Assembly (NCBI GenBank): GCA_035763805.1
Contig: DASUAL010000092.1
Span: 26,386 to 90,385, forward strand
Direction of reading: 5' to 3'
Source of the DNA: Gemmatimonadales bacterium
GTDB taxonomy: Bacteria > Gemmatimonadota > Gemmatimonadetes > Gemmatimonadales > GWC2-71-9
Length of the DNA stretch: 64,000 nucleotides
This document shows, piece after piece, positions 38,333 to 48,543 of the stretch. Positions within the stretch are counted from its first letter, which is position 1; each line of letters begins with the position of its first letter. The position numbers and the translations under genes are program-made. The notes under the pieces were generated by a model. That model ran no database searches. It was not told the origin of the DNA and saw nothing but the letters and a program-made list of their open reading frames with translations.

Positions 38333-41031
38333 TCGGGGCTGCCGCGGTCTCGGCCATGCTGCTGCAGTCCGCGGGGGTCGAAGCGTCCACCCTGCGCCAT
38401 GACAACGGGCTCCTCCCTCCCACCGTGACGGCGCTGGGGGTGAATCGATCGCCGTCGCTCGACGGCCAGCTGGACGACCCGGCCTGGGCGCTGGCCGCGC
38501 CGATCACCGAGCTGCTCCAGAGCGACCCCGATGAGGGGGCGCCCGTTTCCGAGTACACGGAGGTGCGGGTCCTCTATGCCGCAGACGCCCTGTACGTCGG
38601 CGCGCGACTATTCGACGCGGAGCCGCACGGCATCGTGAGCCGGCTCGGTCGCCGCGACGCGTCCACGCACAGCGACGAGTTCCGACTGCTGCTGGACAGC
38701 TATCACGATCATCGGACGGCATTTGAGTTCATCGTGAACCCTGCGGGCGCGAAAAAGGATGTCTTACGGGCAGGCGACGGCAGCTCCTCCGACCGGTCGT
38801 GGGACCCCGTGTGGGAGGCGGCCACGTCGGTCGACTCGCTCGGGTGGACCGTCGAGCTCCGGATCCCCTTCTCGCAGCTCCGGTTCTCGCAGGCACCGGA
38901 ACAGGTCTGGGGCGTTCGTTTCGGGCGTTGGATCGAGCGGAAGAACGAGCTCGCCCTGTTTCCCTTCGTTGCGAAAACCGAGAGCGGGCTTGCCTCGCGC
39001 TTCGCCCACCTGGTGGGACTCCACCGCATTGCGGCACCCAAGCGCCTCGAACTCCTCCCCTACGGGGTCGGACGCGGTAGCTACGATCAGCCCGAGGACG
39101 CGGGCAACCCCTTCGACGACGGCAGCACCTATTTCGGCAGCGCCGGGCTGGACCTGAAGTACGGGCTCAGCTCGAACTTGACGCTCGACGTGACCGTCAA
39201 CCCGGACTTTGGACAGGTAGAGTTGGACCCGGCATACGTCAACCTCACGGACTTCGAGCAGTTCCTCGACGAGCACAGACCGTTCTTCGTCGAAGGGACG
39301 GAGATCTTCGCGTTCGGGGGGGACGGCGGTGGGGTCAATCATTTCAGCGCCACGCCGCTGTTCCTCTACTCCCGGCGCATCGGGCGTCCCCCGCAGGGGG
39401 AGCCGACCTCTTCCGGAGATTTTGAGGACGTCCCTACGAGCACGACCATCGTCAGCGCCGCAAAGCTCACCGGCCAAACGGCCGACGGCTGGTCGGTGGG
39501 CATCCTCAACGCGGTGACCGCGCGCGAGCAGGCGAGCGTTGCCAACGTCGAGACCGGCGCCCGCTACCGGGACGAGGTCGAGCCGCCGACCAATTACTTC
39601 GCCAGCCGTCTCAAGCGGGACTCCCACGACGGCAACACCAGCGTCGGATTGCTCGCCACGGCCGTGAACCGCCGGCTCCATGCGCCCGCGCTCGATTTCC
39701 TGCCGACGGCCGCCTACGCCGCCGGCGTGGATTTCTTCCACCGCTGGGGCAGGAGCACCTACACGCTGGCCGCCAGCCTGGGCGGATCGTCCATACAGGG
39801 CGACCCGCTGGCCATCCAGGAGGCGCAGCTCTCCTCCAACCGCTACTTCCAACGTCCCGACGCGAAAAGCTTTCGCTACGTGGCGGGCCGGACCTCCCTC
39901 GCCGGCATCACCGCGGACTTTTACATCAACAAGGTCGCCGGGAACTGGCGTTGGGGGATGGCAGCGAGCACCACCACGCCCGGGTTCGAAGTGAACGACT
40001 TCGGTTTCCAGAAGCGCGTCGACCGGATCTCGGCGGCCGCCTCGCTCGGCCGCCGCTGGACCCGACCCGGCAAGCTGTTCCGGCAGGCGAACGCGTATCT
40101 CACGCTCGGCCCGAGTTGGAACTACGACGGCGATCCCATCCAGGGCACTGCCGGCGCGTTTGGTTTCGCGCAGTTCCGAAACTTTTGGTCGTTCAACTGG
40201 GGTGCACAGTACCAGGCCGCGGCCGTTGACGACCGGCTCACCAGAGGCGGCCCGCTCGCCCATAAACCAGCCGGGTGGTACGCGAGCGGCGAGCTCACCA
40301 CCGACACCCGAAAGCGGATGAGCGGCTACGCATTCGCTTCGCTCGCCGGCAACCAGGCGGGCGGCTGGCTCCTAGACGTGCTCCCACAGGTCACGCTCCG
40401 GCCCAGCGCGGCGCTGTCGCTCAGTCTCGCGACCGGATATCTCGCAGGTCACGACGTGGCGCAATTCGTCACCCGAGTGCGCGACACCACGGCCGGCGCC
40501 ACGCTAGGCAGGCGTTACGTCTTCGCAGACCTACGCCAACACAGCGGCTATGTGACGTTGCGCGCGAATGCCACGTTCTCGCCGGGCCTCAGCTTCGAGC
40601 TGTACGCCCAGCCGTTCGCATTCGCCGCGGAGTACGGCGGCTTCAAAGAGTTGCGGGCGCGCAAGACATTTTCCTTCAGCACGTACGGCCGCGACGACGG
40701 CTCGACCGTCGCACCGGGCGACACTACCGTGTGCGGCGGGGCCGGCCCGAAGGAGTGCCTGGGCATCGACCCTGACGGGGAGGCCGGACCGGCGAAGAAA
40801 TTCGCGCTCTACAACCCCGATTTCCGCACGCGCGCGCTGAGCATCAAGGCCGTGCTGCGCTGGGAGTACCGCCCGGGCTCGACGATGTTCATCGTGTGGA
40901 CCCAAAGCCGCTCGGGCTACTTCCCGTTCGAGAGCAGCTTCGCGGTGCGTCGCGATATCTGGCGGGAACTGTTCCTCGACCGGCCCACCAACGTCCTCCT
41001 CGTGAAGCTCAACTATTGGATGAGCCTGTGA
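38329..41031 (+). CDS. CBM9/DOMON-like carbohydrate-binding domain + DUF5916-type large beta-rich domain protein
   Basis: GTGA overlap with the previous gene. 'PSLDGQLDDPAWALA', 'EVRVLYAADALYVGARLFD', 'DEFRLLLDSYHDHRTAFEFIVNPAG', 'WTVELRIPFSQLRF'. C-terminal 'LLVKLNYWMSL'. Confidence 0.7.
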   Translation: MIGAAAVSAMLLQSAGVEASTLRHDNGLLPPTVTALGVNRSPSLDGQLDDPAWALAAPITELLQSDPDEGAPVSEYTEVRVLYAADALYVGARLFDAEPHGIVSRLGRRDASTHSDEFRLLLDSYHDHRTAFEFIVNPAGAKKDVLRAGDGSSSDRSWDPVWEAATSVDSLGWTVELRIPFSQLRFSQAPEQVWGVRFGRWIERKNELALFPFVAKTESGLASRFAHLVGLHRIAAPKRLELLPYGVGRGSYDQPEDAGNPFDDGSTYFGSAGLDLKYGLSSNLTLDVTVNPDFGQVELDPAYVNLTDFEQFLDEHRPFFVEGTEIFAFGGDGGGVNHFSATPLFLYSRRIGRPPQGEPTSSGDFEDVPTSTTIVSAAKLTGQTADGWSVGILNAVTAREQASVANVETGARYRDEVEPPTNYFASRLKRDSHDGNTSVGLLATAVNRRLHAPALDFLPTAAYAAGVDFFHRWGRSTYTLAASLGGSSIQGDPLAIQEAQLSSNRYFQRPDAKSFRYVAGRTSLAGITADFYINKVAGNWRWGMAASTTTPGFEVNDFGFQKRVDRISAAASLGRRWTRPGKLFRQANAYLTLGPSWNYDGDPIQGTAGAFGFAQFRNFWSFNWGAQYQAAAVDDRLTRGGPLAHKPAGWYASGELTTDTRKRMSGYAFASLAGNQAGGWLLDVLPQVTLRPSAALSLSLATGYLAGHDVAQFVTRVRDTTAGATLGRRYVFADLRQHSGYVTLRANATFSPGLSFELYAQPFAFAAEYGGFKELRARKTFSFSTYGRDDGSTVAPGDTTVCGGAGPKECLGIDPDGEAGPAKKFALYNPDFRTRALSIKAVLRWEYRPGSTMFIVWTQSRSGYFPFESSFAVRRDIWRELFLDRPTNVLLVKLNYWMSL

Positions 41032-42497
41032 GAACCCGTCGGGCTTTCCGTGAGCCCTCGGGCCAGATCGACCAGGACCCAGTAGGGCGGCGGGTATCCC
41101 TCCTCGCGCGTCAGTCGCGCCGCTTGCTCGCTCACGTGCCCGGCGACGCGTCGCTGATGAATCGTAAAACTGCGGTTACGTAGCGCCGCCGCAGGCGACA
41201 TCCCTTCCGGGATCGGGCCCCTGCGGCCCACTCGTTCGAGCATCCAACTGTAAAGCTTAGACACCCGCGCGACCGGCAAGACGTACCAGGGATAGGACAG
41301 CACCATCCCTGCCTCGGCCTGCTCGAGCAGCGCGTCGACTGCCGCGTTGTCCACGTGATCCTTGAACAGCCACTCCGCATCGCGCCATTCCGCGACCACG
41401 ACCAGCTGAGGGTCGTACTCCAGGTCGGAGGGCTCCTGCGTCTTGAAATGCCGCACGCCGAAGGACGCCAGCCAGCGGCGCAGGCCGGCCCGGGACATCG
41501 TGGAGATGCCCATCCAGAGCTCGACACCTACCTCGCGATAGACCGACGACGCCACCTCGGAGCAGAACTGTTTCGAGGGGTCGTCGTAATTCATCTCGAA
41601 ATCGTAGGGGATGTGACCCGCCCGAGCGCGCTCGAGCGCCAGCGACGCGGCTCGGTGCGGCAGCATCGGCTCTGTGGAGAGCTGCGGCAGATCGTGCCGC
41701 AGCCGCAGCACCATGATCCGCAGCTTTTTGTCGCGCAGGTACTCATCGGCGGTCGCGACCGCCACGCCCTTCTCGATGTGCGCCTGTATCACCGACGCGG
41801 CGCGGGAAGCCTCATCGACGTGCACCAGCCCGATGTGGGAGAAATTGCCGGGGTAGTCGCTGCCGCGGGCGATCAGCGCGGACGTGGGATAGCCGCCACG
41901 CGAGACCAACATGTCGCCCGAGTGGATGGTGACGCCGTGCACTTGGACGGCGGGCGTCGCCGACGGCTCGTGCGATCCCTGCACCAGCGTGACGATGCGG
42001 TCGGGATGTTGCAGCATCACCTCTTCGACGGCCGCTCGGCTGCCATAGAGCGACCGGTAGAGGCGTTCGCGGGCCGGCCGGCTGGTCAGATCCCAGCGGC
42101 GCGACTGCCACTTGACCGCGTCGCGCAGGCGGCTGTGCAGCCGGACATAGTCTCCCACCAGGCTGGGACAGGAGGCCACGTAAGGGGCGAGCGCAACGAA
42201 GCGGGCTTCCAGGGAGTCGAGCCCGGGATCGCCGGGGCCGACGACGCGGGCCAGCAGCGCGTCCGTGGCGGCGCCCAACGCCGCCATGCGCCGCGTGGTG
42301 GGCGCGCCGGAGCCGTCGCACGCGGTACGCCGGGCCCGCACGTACGTCGCCTCGAGCGCTTGCCAGAGAGAGTCCTCGTTCCACGCAAAGCTGCCGCCGT
42401 GCTCCGGCGCGTCCGGCACCGACGGCTCCGCCTCGGGAAGGGACCAGAGCAGCGCGGCACCCGCCAGCGCCACCGACACCGCGGAAACCGTCTTCAC
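41013..42497 (-). CDS. YiiX/YebB-like permuted papain-fold (C92-type) domain protein with long N-terminal region
   Basis: His-then-Cys order: 'GNFSHIGLVHV' .. 'SKQFCSEVASSVY'. Signal-anchor 'VKTVSAVSVALAGAALLW' from GTG 42497 (alternative TTG 42560). Confidence 0.6.
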   Translation of the reverse strand: MKTVSAVSVALAGAALLWSLPEAEPSVPDAPEHGGSFAWNEDSLWQALEATYVRARRTACDGSGAPTTRRMAALGAATDALLARVVGPGDPGLDSLEARFVALAPYVASCPSLVGDYVRLHSRLRDAVKWQSRRWDLTSRPARERLYRSLYGSRAAVEEVMLQHPDRIVTLVQGSHEPSATPAVQVHGVTIHSGDMLVSRGGYPTSALIARGSDYPGNFSHIGLVHVDEASRAASVIQAHIEKGVAVATADEYLRDKKLRIMVLRLRHDLPQLSTEPMLPHRAASLALERARAGHIPYDFEMNYDDPSKQFCSEVASSVYREVGVELWMGISTMSRAGLRRWLASFGVRHFKTQEPSDLEYDPQLVVVAEWRDAEWLFKDHVDNAAVDALLEQAEAGMVLSYPWYVLPVARVSKLYSWMLERVGRRGPIPEGMSPAAALRNRSFTIHQRRVAGHVSEQAARLTREEGYPPPYWVLVDLARGLTESPTGSHRLIQ

Positions 42498-42594
42498 CGC
42501 AATACCTTGCGGCCTCCCGACTCGAACGTCAATTCCGGCGGCGACGTGGGTTTCACACAAGGTTCACGCAGGCTTCACCTGCCAGTAGCGCATT

Positions 42595-42924
42595 ATGGAG
42601 CTGGTCCCGCTTCCCCGGAGGCTCGCCATGCTCGGCACTACCCTGCTCCTGCTCCTGGCACTTTTCGGAGTTTTTGCGTTCATCCTGTTGAAGGTCGAGG
42701 GGCTCGCGCTGTTCGCTCCGAAGAGCACGGGCGCCATCGCAAACTCCGCCGCGGCATACTGCACGGGCGAGTGCCGGTTGACCGACGGCCGCTGTCCGAT
42801 GACAGGCTCTCGAGAGCGCGCTTTGAACTGCCCGCTCTGGAAGTTTGTCGAGGCCGACGTCCCGACGATGCTGTACGGGAATCCGTTCGCCCACCTGCAG
42901 GCGACGGGCAGGACGGCAGCCTAG
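42595..42924 (+). CDS. Small membrane-anchored Cys-containing protein (hypothetical)
   Basis: TM 'MLGTTLLLLLALFGVFAFILL', then 'YCTGECRLTDGRCPMTG..NCPLW'. Converges on the hemerythrin gene (4-nt overlap). Confidence 0.4.
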   Translation: MELVPLPRRLAMLGTTLLLLLALFGVFAFILLKVEGLALFAPKSTGAIANSAAAYCTGECRLTDGRCPMTGSRERALNCPLWKFVEADVPTMLYGNPFAHLQATGRTAA

Positions 42925-43385
42925 GGGTGGAGCCGCTGAGCCACCGCGGCTAGACCTTTGGCCCCGAGCAGCGCCCGGGCCGCTGGAAACAGCACCTCGT
43001 TCTCCCGGTCGATATGGGCTCGCAGGAGTTCCACGATCGCGAGCGCGATTGCGGCGACCACGTGCTCCGACCCCGGCCCGTCGAGCGCGCGACCCAGGCG
43101 CTCCTCGAGCGCGCGGAGCTCGCGGTGCTCCTGGACGAACACCGCGCTGGGCGCCAGATCTTCGAGGAGGGGGAAGAGGGCAGCTTCCTCGTTCTGATTG
43201 TGCGCTCGCACGGCAGTCGTGAGAATCGTATGGACCTCGCGCATCGTGTCGAGGTGCGATTGCGGTGCCGCCCCGCCCTCGAGCGCCAGCGCGGCTACCT
43301 CGAGCCTCCGGAGCGCGCCGAGCGCCTCCTCGTGCTCCTCTTCGAACCTGCGCAACGGGTCGCCGGTCACGGTGTCACTACCCAT
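42921..43385 (-). CDS. Hemerythrin-like (HHE cation-binding) domain protein
   Basis: 154 aa. 'FEEEHEEA', 'AVRAHNQNEEAALFP', 'VQEHREL', 'LRAHIDRENEVLFP'. Confidence 0.75.
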   Translation of the reverse strand: MGSDTVTGDPLRRFEEEHEEALGALRRLEVAALALEGGAAPQSHLDTMREVHTILTTAVRAHNQNEEAALFPLLEDLAPSAVFVQEHRELRALEERLGRALDGPGSEHVVAAIALAIVELLRAHIDRENEVLFPAARALLGAKGLAAVAQRLHP

Positions 43386-44389
43386 CTGACCCCCTGCCCG
43401 CGCCGCAGCCGGTCCAGCCCCTCGTTGATGGCCGCGAGCGGCACGGTGCCGCTCACGATCGGGTCGAGCTTGATCTTCCCTGCGCGCACGAGCGCGAGAA
43501 TCTCGGGGTACTCCCCCGCGCCGCATCCCAGGCTGCCCGCGATCTCCAGCTCGTAGTACATCAGCCGCGCGGCCGACAGCTTCACCGGCTCGTGCGAGTA
43601 GCCGATCACGCAGAGCCGGCCACCGCGCCGCAGCAGGCCGAACGCGAGCTCGATCGTGCCGGGGGTGCCGATCACCTCGAACGCCACGTCCACCCCGCCG
43701 TCCGTGAGCTTGCGGACCGCCTTGTCCACCCGCTCCACGGCGCGCGGATTGACCGTCTCCGCGGCGCCGAGGGCGCCGGCGAGCTGCAGGCGCTCGTCGT
43801 TCACGTCCACCGCGACCACGCGCGCGCCGGCAGCGGCGGCACACTGGATCACGTTGAGGCCCACGCCACCGCACCCCACCACGGCCACGGTGTCTCCCAT
43901 CCGAACCCGCCCGCGGTGCTTGACCGCGTGATAGGGCGTCGAGATCGCGTCCGCGATCACGCACGCACGGTCGAGCGGGATGTCGCCGGGAACGGGCACG
44001 AGGTCCTTGGATGGCACGGCGATGTATTCGGCGTAGGCGCCGTCCACGTTGTTGCCCAGCATCACGAGGCTGCTGCACAGGTTCTCGCGCCCCTGGCGGC
44101 AGAACGCGCACCGCCCGCACGACAGCACCGCGGGGATGAGTACTCGGTCGCCCACCGCGCAGCCGTTCCCGCCAGGGCCGAGCGCCGCGACGGTGCCTGC
44201 CGCCTCGTGTCCGAGGATGAGGGGCGGCGGCTTGAACGTCTCGACGCCGTGGTCGATGTAGTGGAGGTCGGTGTGGCACAGCCCGCAGCCGACGACCTTG
44301 ATCAGGACTTCCCCCACCGCGAGCGTGGGGAGCGGCACGTCGGCGAGCTCGAGCGGGCGGTGGGGCCCGCGGAACAGCGCGGCCTTCAT
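43367..44389 (-). CDS. Zinc-dependent alcohol dehydrogenase (MDR family); Had-like candidate
   Basis: 'VVGCGLCHTDLH', 'GHEAAG', 'CGRCAFCRQGRENLC', 'VAVVGCGGVG'. Confidence 0.85.
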   Translation of the reverse strand: MKAALFRGPHRPLELADVPLPTLAVGEVLIKVVGCGLCHTDLHYIDHGVETFKPPPLILGHEAAGTVAALGPGGNGCAVGDRVLIPAVLSCGRCAFCRQGRENLCSSLVMLGNNVDGAYAEYIAVPSKDLVPVPGDIPLDRACVIADAISTPYHAVKHRGRVRMGDTVAVVGCGGVGLNVIQCAAAAGARVVAVDVNDERLQLAGALGAAETVNPRAVERVDKAVRKLTDGGVDVAFEVIGTPGTIELAFGLLRRGGRLCVIGYSHEPVKLSAARLMYYELEIAGSLGCGAGEYPEILALVRAGKIKLDPIVSGTVPLAAINEGLDRLRRGQGVRWVVTP

Positions 44390-45225
44390 GCGGCTCCTTC
44401 ACCCGTCGCGACGGGGGCGGTGGCCGCCTCGGCCGCGAGCCGCCGCAGGCGGCGTTGGCCCAGCAACGCGGCGCCGAACGCCGCCGTGAACTGCACGAGC
44501 TCACCCGGCGGCACGTTGACTGCCGCCCCGAGCGCGCTCCGGACCACATCCGCCATGCGCTCGAAGCGCAGGATGCCCCCGATGAGCGTGTACTCCGGCT
44601 CCATGCGCACCCGTTTCATGAGCTGCACCGAACGGTCCACCAGCGAGACGATCGCCCCGTGCATGATGTCGGCGGGGGCCGCTCCCTCGGAGAGCTGGTT
44701 GATCACCTCCGACTCGGCGAACACGGCGCATACGCCGGAGATCGGCACGGGGTTCTTCGATGTTGCGACGAGCGGCCCAATCTCCGCCGTCGTGTAGCCC
44801 AGATAGCGGGCCGTCTTCTCGAGGAACGCGCCGGTGCCAGCCGCGCACTTGTCGTTCAGGCGGAAGCTCTGGACCTTCCCGTCGGCGCCCAGCCGGCTCG
44901 CCTTCATCGTGTGGCCGCCCACGTCGAGCACCGTGCGCGTGCCGGGGAACAGGTGAGTCGCGCCGCGGCCGGCGGCGGTCAGGTCGGTGACGGCGACGTC
45001 GCCGATCGCCGTCTGGTGGCGACCGAAGCCGGTCGTGACCGTATAGGCCACGTCGGAGCGCGCGATCCCGGCCGCATCGAGCGCGCGCGCGAACGCCCGC
45101 TCGGCGGCCTGGGAGAGCTTGAACCCGGTCGACTCCATGGCCTGGCCCAAGATCGTCCCGTCAGCCGCGACCACCACGGCCTTCGTGTAAGTGGAGCCGA
45201 TGTCGATCCCGGCGGTGCGGGTCAT
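44386..45225 (-). CDS. BcrAD/BadFG-type ATPase subunit (benzoyl-CoA reductase alpha/delta or dehydratase-activase family), copy 2
   Basis: ATGA overlap with copy 1. '[13 protein letters not shown]', 'LDVGGHTMK', 'NDKCAAGTG', '[11 protein letters not shown]'. Confidence 0.8.
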   Translation of the reverse strand: MTRTAGIDIGSTYTKAVVVAADGTILGQAMESTGFKLSQAAERAFARALDAAGIARSDVAYTVTTGFGRHQTAIGDVAVTDLTAAGRGATHLFPGTRTVLDVGGHTMKASRLGADGKVQSFRLNDKCAAGTGAFLEKTARYLGYTTAEIGPLVATSKNPVPISGVCAVFAESEVINQLSEGAAPADIMHGAIVSLVDRSVQLMKRVRMEPEYTLIGGILRFERMADVVRSALGAAVNVPPGELVQFTAAFGAALLGQRRLRRLAAEAATAPVATGEGAA

Positions 45226-46040
45226 GCGCGCTCCCGGGCGGGTCCGGCCGGCGCGCGGCCGGCCGCGATGCGGTCGAGGGCGAACAGGGCCGCCCCGATC
45301 GCCCCGATGAAGTGCGACTCGTCGCTCACGTTGACGGTGAGGCCGAGCCGCCGGTTGAGGGTCTCGACCATGGCGCGGTTCTTCGTCACACCGCCGGTGA
45401 ACGTGACCTCCTGCTCGATGCCGACCCGGCGGAGCAGCCCGATCGAGCGCGCGGCGATCGACTCGTGGACGCCCAGCAGGATGTCCTCGATCTTCTTGCC
45501 CTTGCCGAGCCACGACAGCACCTCCGACTCGGCGAACACCGTGCACGTGGTGCTGATCTTCACGGCGCGCTCGCCCCGCAGCGCCGTCGGCCCGAGCTCG
45601 GCGAGGGGGAGCTCGAGCGCCACCGCGGCCGCGCCGAGGAACCGACCCGTGCCGGCCGCGCACTTGTCGTTCATGCAGAAGTCCACGATCTCCCCGGTCG
45701 GCGCCACGCGGATCGCCTTCGTGTCCTGCCCGCCCATGTCGAGCACCGTGCGTGTGCGCGGGAACAGGTGCACGGCCCCGCGCGCATGGCAGCTGATCTC
45801 GGTGACCTGCGCGTTGCCGAACGTCACCTTGTAACGGCCGTACCCGGTTCCCACGACGAACTCGACCTCTTCCTCGCGCAGGTCGCCGCTCGCGAGCGCC
45901 TCGCGGAACGCCGCGTCGGCCGCCCGCATCACGTTGGCCCCGGTGTCGGCGAGCGAGCGGCCCACGATCCGCCGGGCCTCGTCGACGACGATCGCTTTCG
46001 TCTGCGTGGAACCGACGTCCACGCCCGCCGCGTACGCCAT
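45222..46040 (-). CDS. BcrAD/BadFG-type ATPase subunit, copy 1
   Basis: '[14 protein letters not shown]', 'LDMGGQDTK', 'NDKCAAGTG', '[11 protein letters not shown]'. Confidence 0.8.
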   Translation of the reverse strand: MAYAAGVDVGSTQTKAIVVDEARRIVGRSLADTGANVMRAADAAFREALASGDLREEEVEFVVGTGYGRYKVTFGNAQVTEISCHARGAVHLFPRTRTVLDMGGQDTKAIRVAPTGEIVDFCMNDKCAAGTGRFLGAAAVALELPLAELGPTALRGERAVKISTTCTVFAESEVLSWLGKGKKIEDILLGVHESIAARSIGLLRRVGIEQEVTFTGGVTKNRAMVETLNRRLGLTVNVSDESHFIGAIGAALFALDRIAAGRAPAGPARERA

Positions 46041-46049
46041 GCGTGCCTC

Positions 46050-47345
46050 CTACGACGCGGTCGCCTGGTGACGCCGCGCCGCCAGCCCCTCGAAGAACGC
46101 GTCGATGCGGTTCTTCATCTGCGCCTCCGACACCACGCGCCGGTCCATCATATCCGACTCGACGAACAGACTGGGCACGTCGCGCAGCGCCATCACCGCC
46201 CGCCGCGTGTCGGCGAGCCCCGTCGACACCGTGCGGCAGCTCTTGATGGGGTGGTACACGACCCCGTCCGCAGCGTGGGTGTCGATCATCTCGGCCAGCG
46301 CCTCCGTCTGGAAGAACATGCTGTCCATCGCGTGACGCACGCCGAGCAGCACGCCCTCGGCCAGACTCTCGAGCGGGCGCGCGAGGTCGTAGGCGAACCC
46401 GAGATTCGCCCCGCCCGACGCGAACCGCAGGTACGTCGAGTTCACGAACACGCCGCCCCAGTCGGTGAACAGCTCGCTGAAGCGGCGGAAGATGGGATAG
46501 CACGGCACGCCGACGAAGATGAGACGCCACTGCTCCTCGATGGCGGTCCCGATGCCGTGCTCGGCCTTGTACGCCATCTCGTCGACCAGGTCACGGAAGA
46601 ACGCCGCGCCCTCGGGCGTGCCCCGGAACCCGTTCGCCACGCCGAGGTAGATCGTGCCGTCCGAGAGCGCGTTGAAGACCGCGGGCCGGCTGCGGTTGAG
46701 CTCGAGCACGCGCTGCCACCCGGCGCTGAGCCCATTGGCGTGGCCCAGGTGCTCGCGCAGCCGGTCGACGTCGAAGCGCCGCCCCGACACCCGCTCGCAC
46801 AAGGCGATCAGCTCGCCGAGCTGCGCCTCCACGTAGCGCCGGTCCAGCTCGAAGTCGTCGCTGCCGCGCGGACTCGCGAGCCCCGCTCCCCGCGAGCCGG
46901 GCACGTCGAGCGTGAACACCGGCACCCCGTACATCCGCTCCCAGATCTCCCCCCACTTGATGTAGGTGTTGCAGGCATTGGTGCAGATCGCGAGCGCCGG
47001 CCTGGGGATCTTCCCCATCGGGTGGGCGCCACCGCGCAGCTGCGTAGCGACGTCGGCCTTCACGTACCCGCAGATGTCCGGGGAGTAGCCGTAACTCTCG
47101 GCCTCGTTCAGGTACTCGTGCGCCACGCGCCGCACGGCGGACTGCAGCGAATTGATCTCCGGGAACACGATGGGGAAATCGAACACCCGCAACAGCTCCG
47201 CGAGGCTGCCCATCACGAAGACGTAGGCGGCGCCGCGACCCTGCTCGGCGGCACTGGAGAGGCCCTGGAACCAGTCGCGGAACAGCTGCGCTCCCGCGGC
47301 GTTGCCGCGTCCCACGACGCTCCCATCCGTCACCGAACCGTTCAT
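46050..47345 (-). CDS. Benzoyl-CoA reductase / 2-hydroxyacyl-CoA dehydratase family subunit (BcrB/BadE/BzdO-like)
   Basis: 431 aa. 'DICGYVKAD', 'TNACNTYIKW', 'VYHPIKSCRTVS', 'ESDMMDRRV' as in HgdB/BcrB-family proteins as I recall them. Confidence 0.75.
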   Translation of the reverse strand: MNGSVTDGSVVGRGNAAGAQLFRDWFQGLSSAAEQGRGAAYVFVMGSLAELLRVFDFPIVFPEINSLQSAVRRVAHEYLNEAESYGYSPDICGYVKADVATQLRGGAHPMGKIPRPALAICTNACNTYIKWGEIWERMYGVPVFTLDVPGSRGAGLASPRGSDDFELDRRYVEAQLGELIALCERVSGRRFDVDRLREHLGHANGLSAGWQRVLELNRSRPAVFNALSDGTIYLGVANGFRGTPEGAAFFRDLVDEMAYKAEHGIGTAIEEQWRLIFVGVPCYPIFRRFSELFTDWGGVFVNSTYLRFASGGANLGFAYDLARPLESLAEGVLLGVRHAMDSMFFQTEALAEMIDTHAADGVVYHPIKSCRTVSTGLADTRRAVMALRDVPSLFVESDMMDRRVVSEAQMKNRIDAFFEGLAARRHQATAS

Positions 47346-47352
47346 GGTCGCC

Positions 47353-48543
47353 TCAATCGAACAGCAGGTTCTCGACGAACGTTTCGAGCTGGATCTCGAG
47401 CTGATCGAAGCTCGTCATGTTCTCCTCGAACTCGCTCACGAAGTAGGGGATCCCGCGTTGGTCGAGGGCCCGGGTGTGCACCACCAGCTCCTCCAGGCCC
47501 GGCTCGCACATCTTGGCCGACATGAGGATCGCCGCCTGCGCCCGGGCGACGTCCAGGCGCTCGAGCAGCATCCTGTCCTTCGGCTTGCGGAGGTCATGCT
47601 GCACGGGGCTGTGCGCCGAGTGGTCCACGTAGGCCCGCGCGAGACCGAGCAGCGGGTCACCCGAGACGGGGACGTCGTCCGTGATCCACCGCATGCCGAT
47701 GAGGAGGTCGTCGTCCACCACGTAGCACGAGCGGGCGATGGCCCGAAGCAGATCGAGCGGGGGCTGCTCGCAGAAGCCGCCTTCCAGGATGACCCGGATC
47801 TTGTCGTGGCGCGGCGCGGAACGGCCCTCGAGGAGCGGCAACACGGCGCGCAGCAGGTCGTTGTGCTCTTCGCGGGGGATGAGCCCTCCCAGCGCCACGA
47901 GCACGTACGCCTCGTCCGCCGCCACGAGCCACGGGCGGTCGCGCTTCAGGGCGTACAGGCGGCGCAGCAAGCCGCGGTTCTCGTTGAAGACGACGATCGA
48001 GCGCCGCAGGTCGTCGTCCGTGACCGACCGGCCCGCGACGTCCTCGAGAGCCCGCCGCAGCCGGTCGTACTCGTCGCGCAGGTAGCGCACCGCCGCTCCC
48101 GAGTTCGGGTTCTGCGGCAGGTACAGGATCCGGCACGGATAGGAGACGTTGCGGCCCCACACGGCGGCGAGGTTGCGCGCCGCGTCGCAGATCGGGTGCG
48201 TCACGAAGAGGTCGAGGTCCACTCGCCCCGCGAGTGCCAGCTCGAGCGACGTCTTGATGATCGAGCAGAGGTAGGACCCGAAGCGCGAGTCCGCCTGCGT
48301 GGGCTCGACCGGCGCGCCGCGCACCTTGAAGGGCAGCAGCCCGGCGGCGTGGGCGATCTCCTCGGGGAAATACACCTGGAAGTGGCCGACGACCTTCCCG
48401 CCCCCGTCCCGCCAGCGCTTCACCGTGGGGAACTCGGCATCCTCCACGAGCTCGCGACAGCGGGAGAGGATCTCCGAAAGCGGCTGGCCGCGCCATTCGG
48501 CGAACAGCGGCTCGGCGATGCGCTCGACGTTCGCGGCGCTCAT
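47353..48543 (-). CDS. Benzoyl-CoA reductase / 2-hydroxyacyl-CoA dehydratase family subunit (BcrC/BadD/BzdN-like)
   Basis: ATG 48543 forms an ATGA overlap with the hydratase stop. '[13 protein letters not shown]', 'SYLCSIIK', 'HPICDAARN', 'MSAKMCEPG'. Confidence 0.75.
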   Translation of the reverse strand: MSAANVERIAEPLFAEWRGQPLSEILSRCRELVEDAEFPTVKRWRDGGGKVVGHFQVYFPEEIAHAAGLLPFKVRGAPVEPTQADSRFGSYLCSIIKTSLELALAGRVDLDLFVTHPICDAARNLAAVWGRNVSYPCRILYLPQNPNSGAAVRYLRDEYDRLRRALEDVAGRSVTDDDLRRSIVVFNENRGLLRRLYALKRDRPWLVAADEAYVLVALGGLIPREEHNDLLRAVLPLLEGRSAPRHDKIRVILEGGFCEQPPLDLLRAIARSCYVVDDDLLIGMRWITDDVPVSGDPLLGLARAYVDHSAHSPVQHDLRKPKDRMLLERLDVARAQAAILMSAKMCEPGLEELVVHTRALDQRGIPYFVSEFEENMTSFDQLEIQLETFVENLLFD

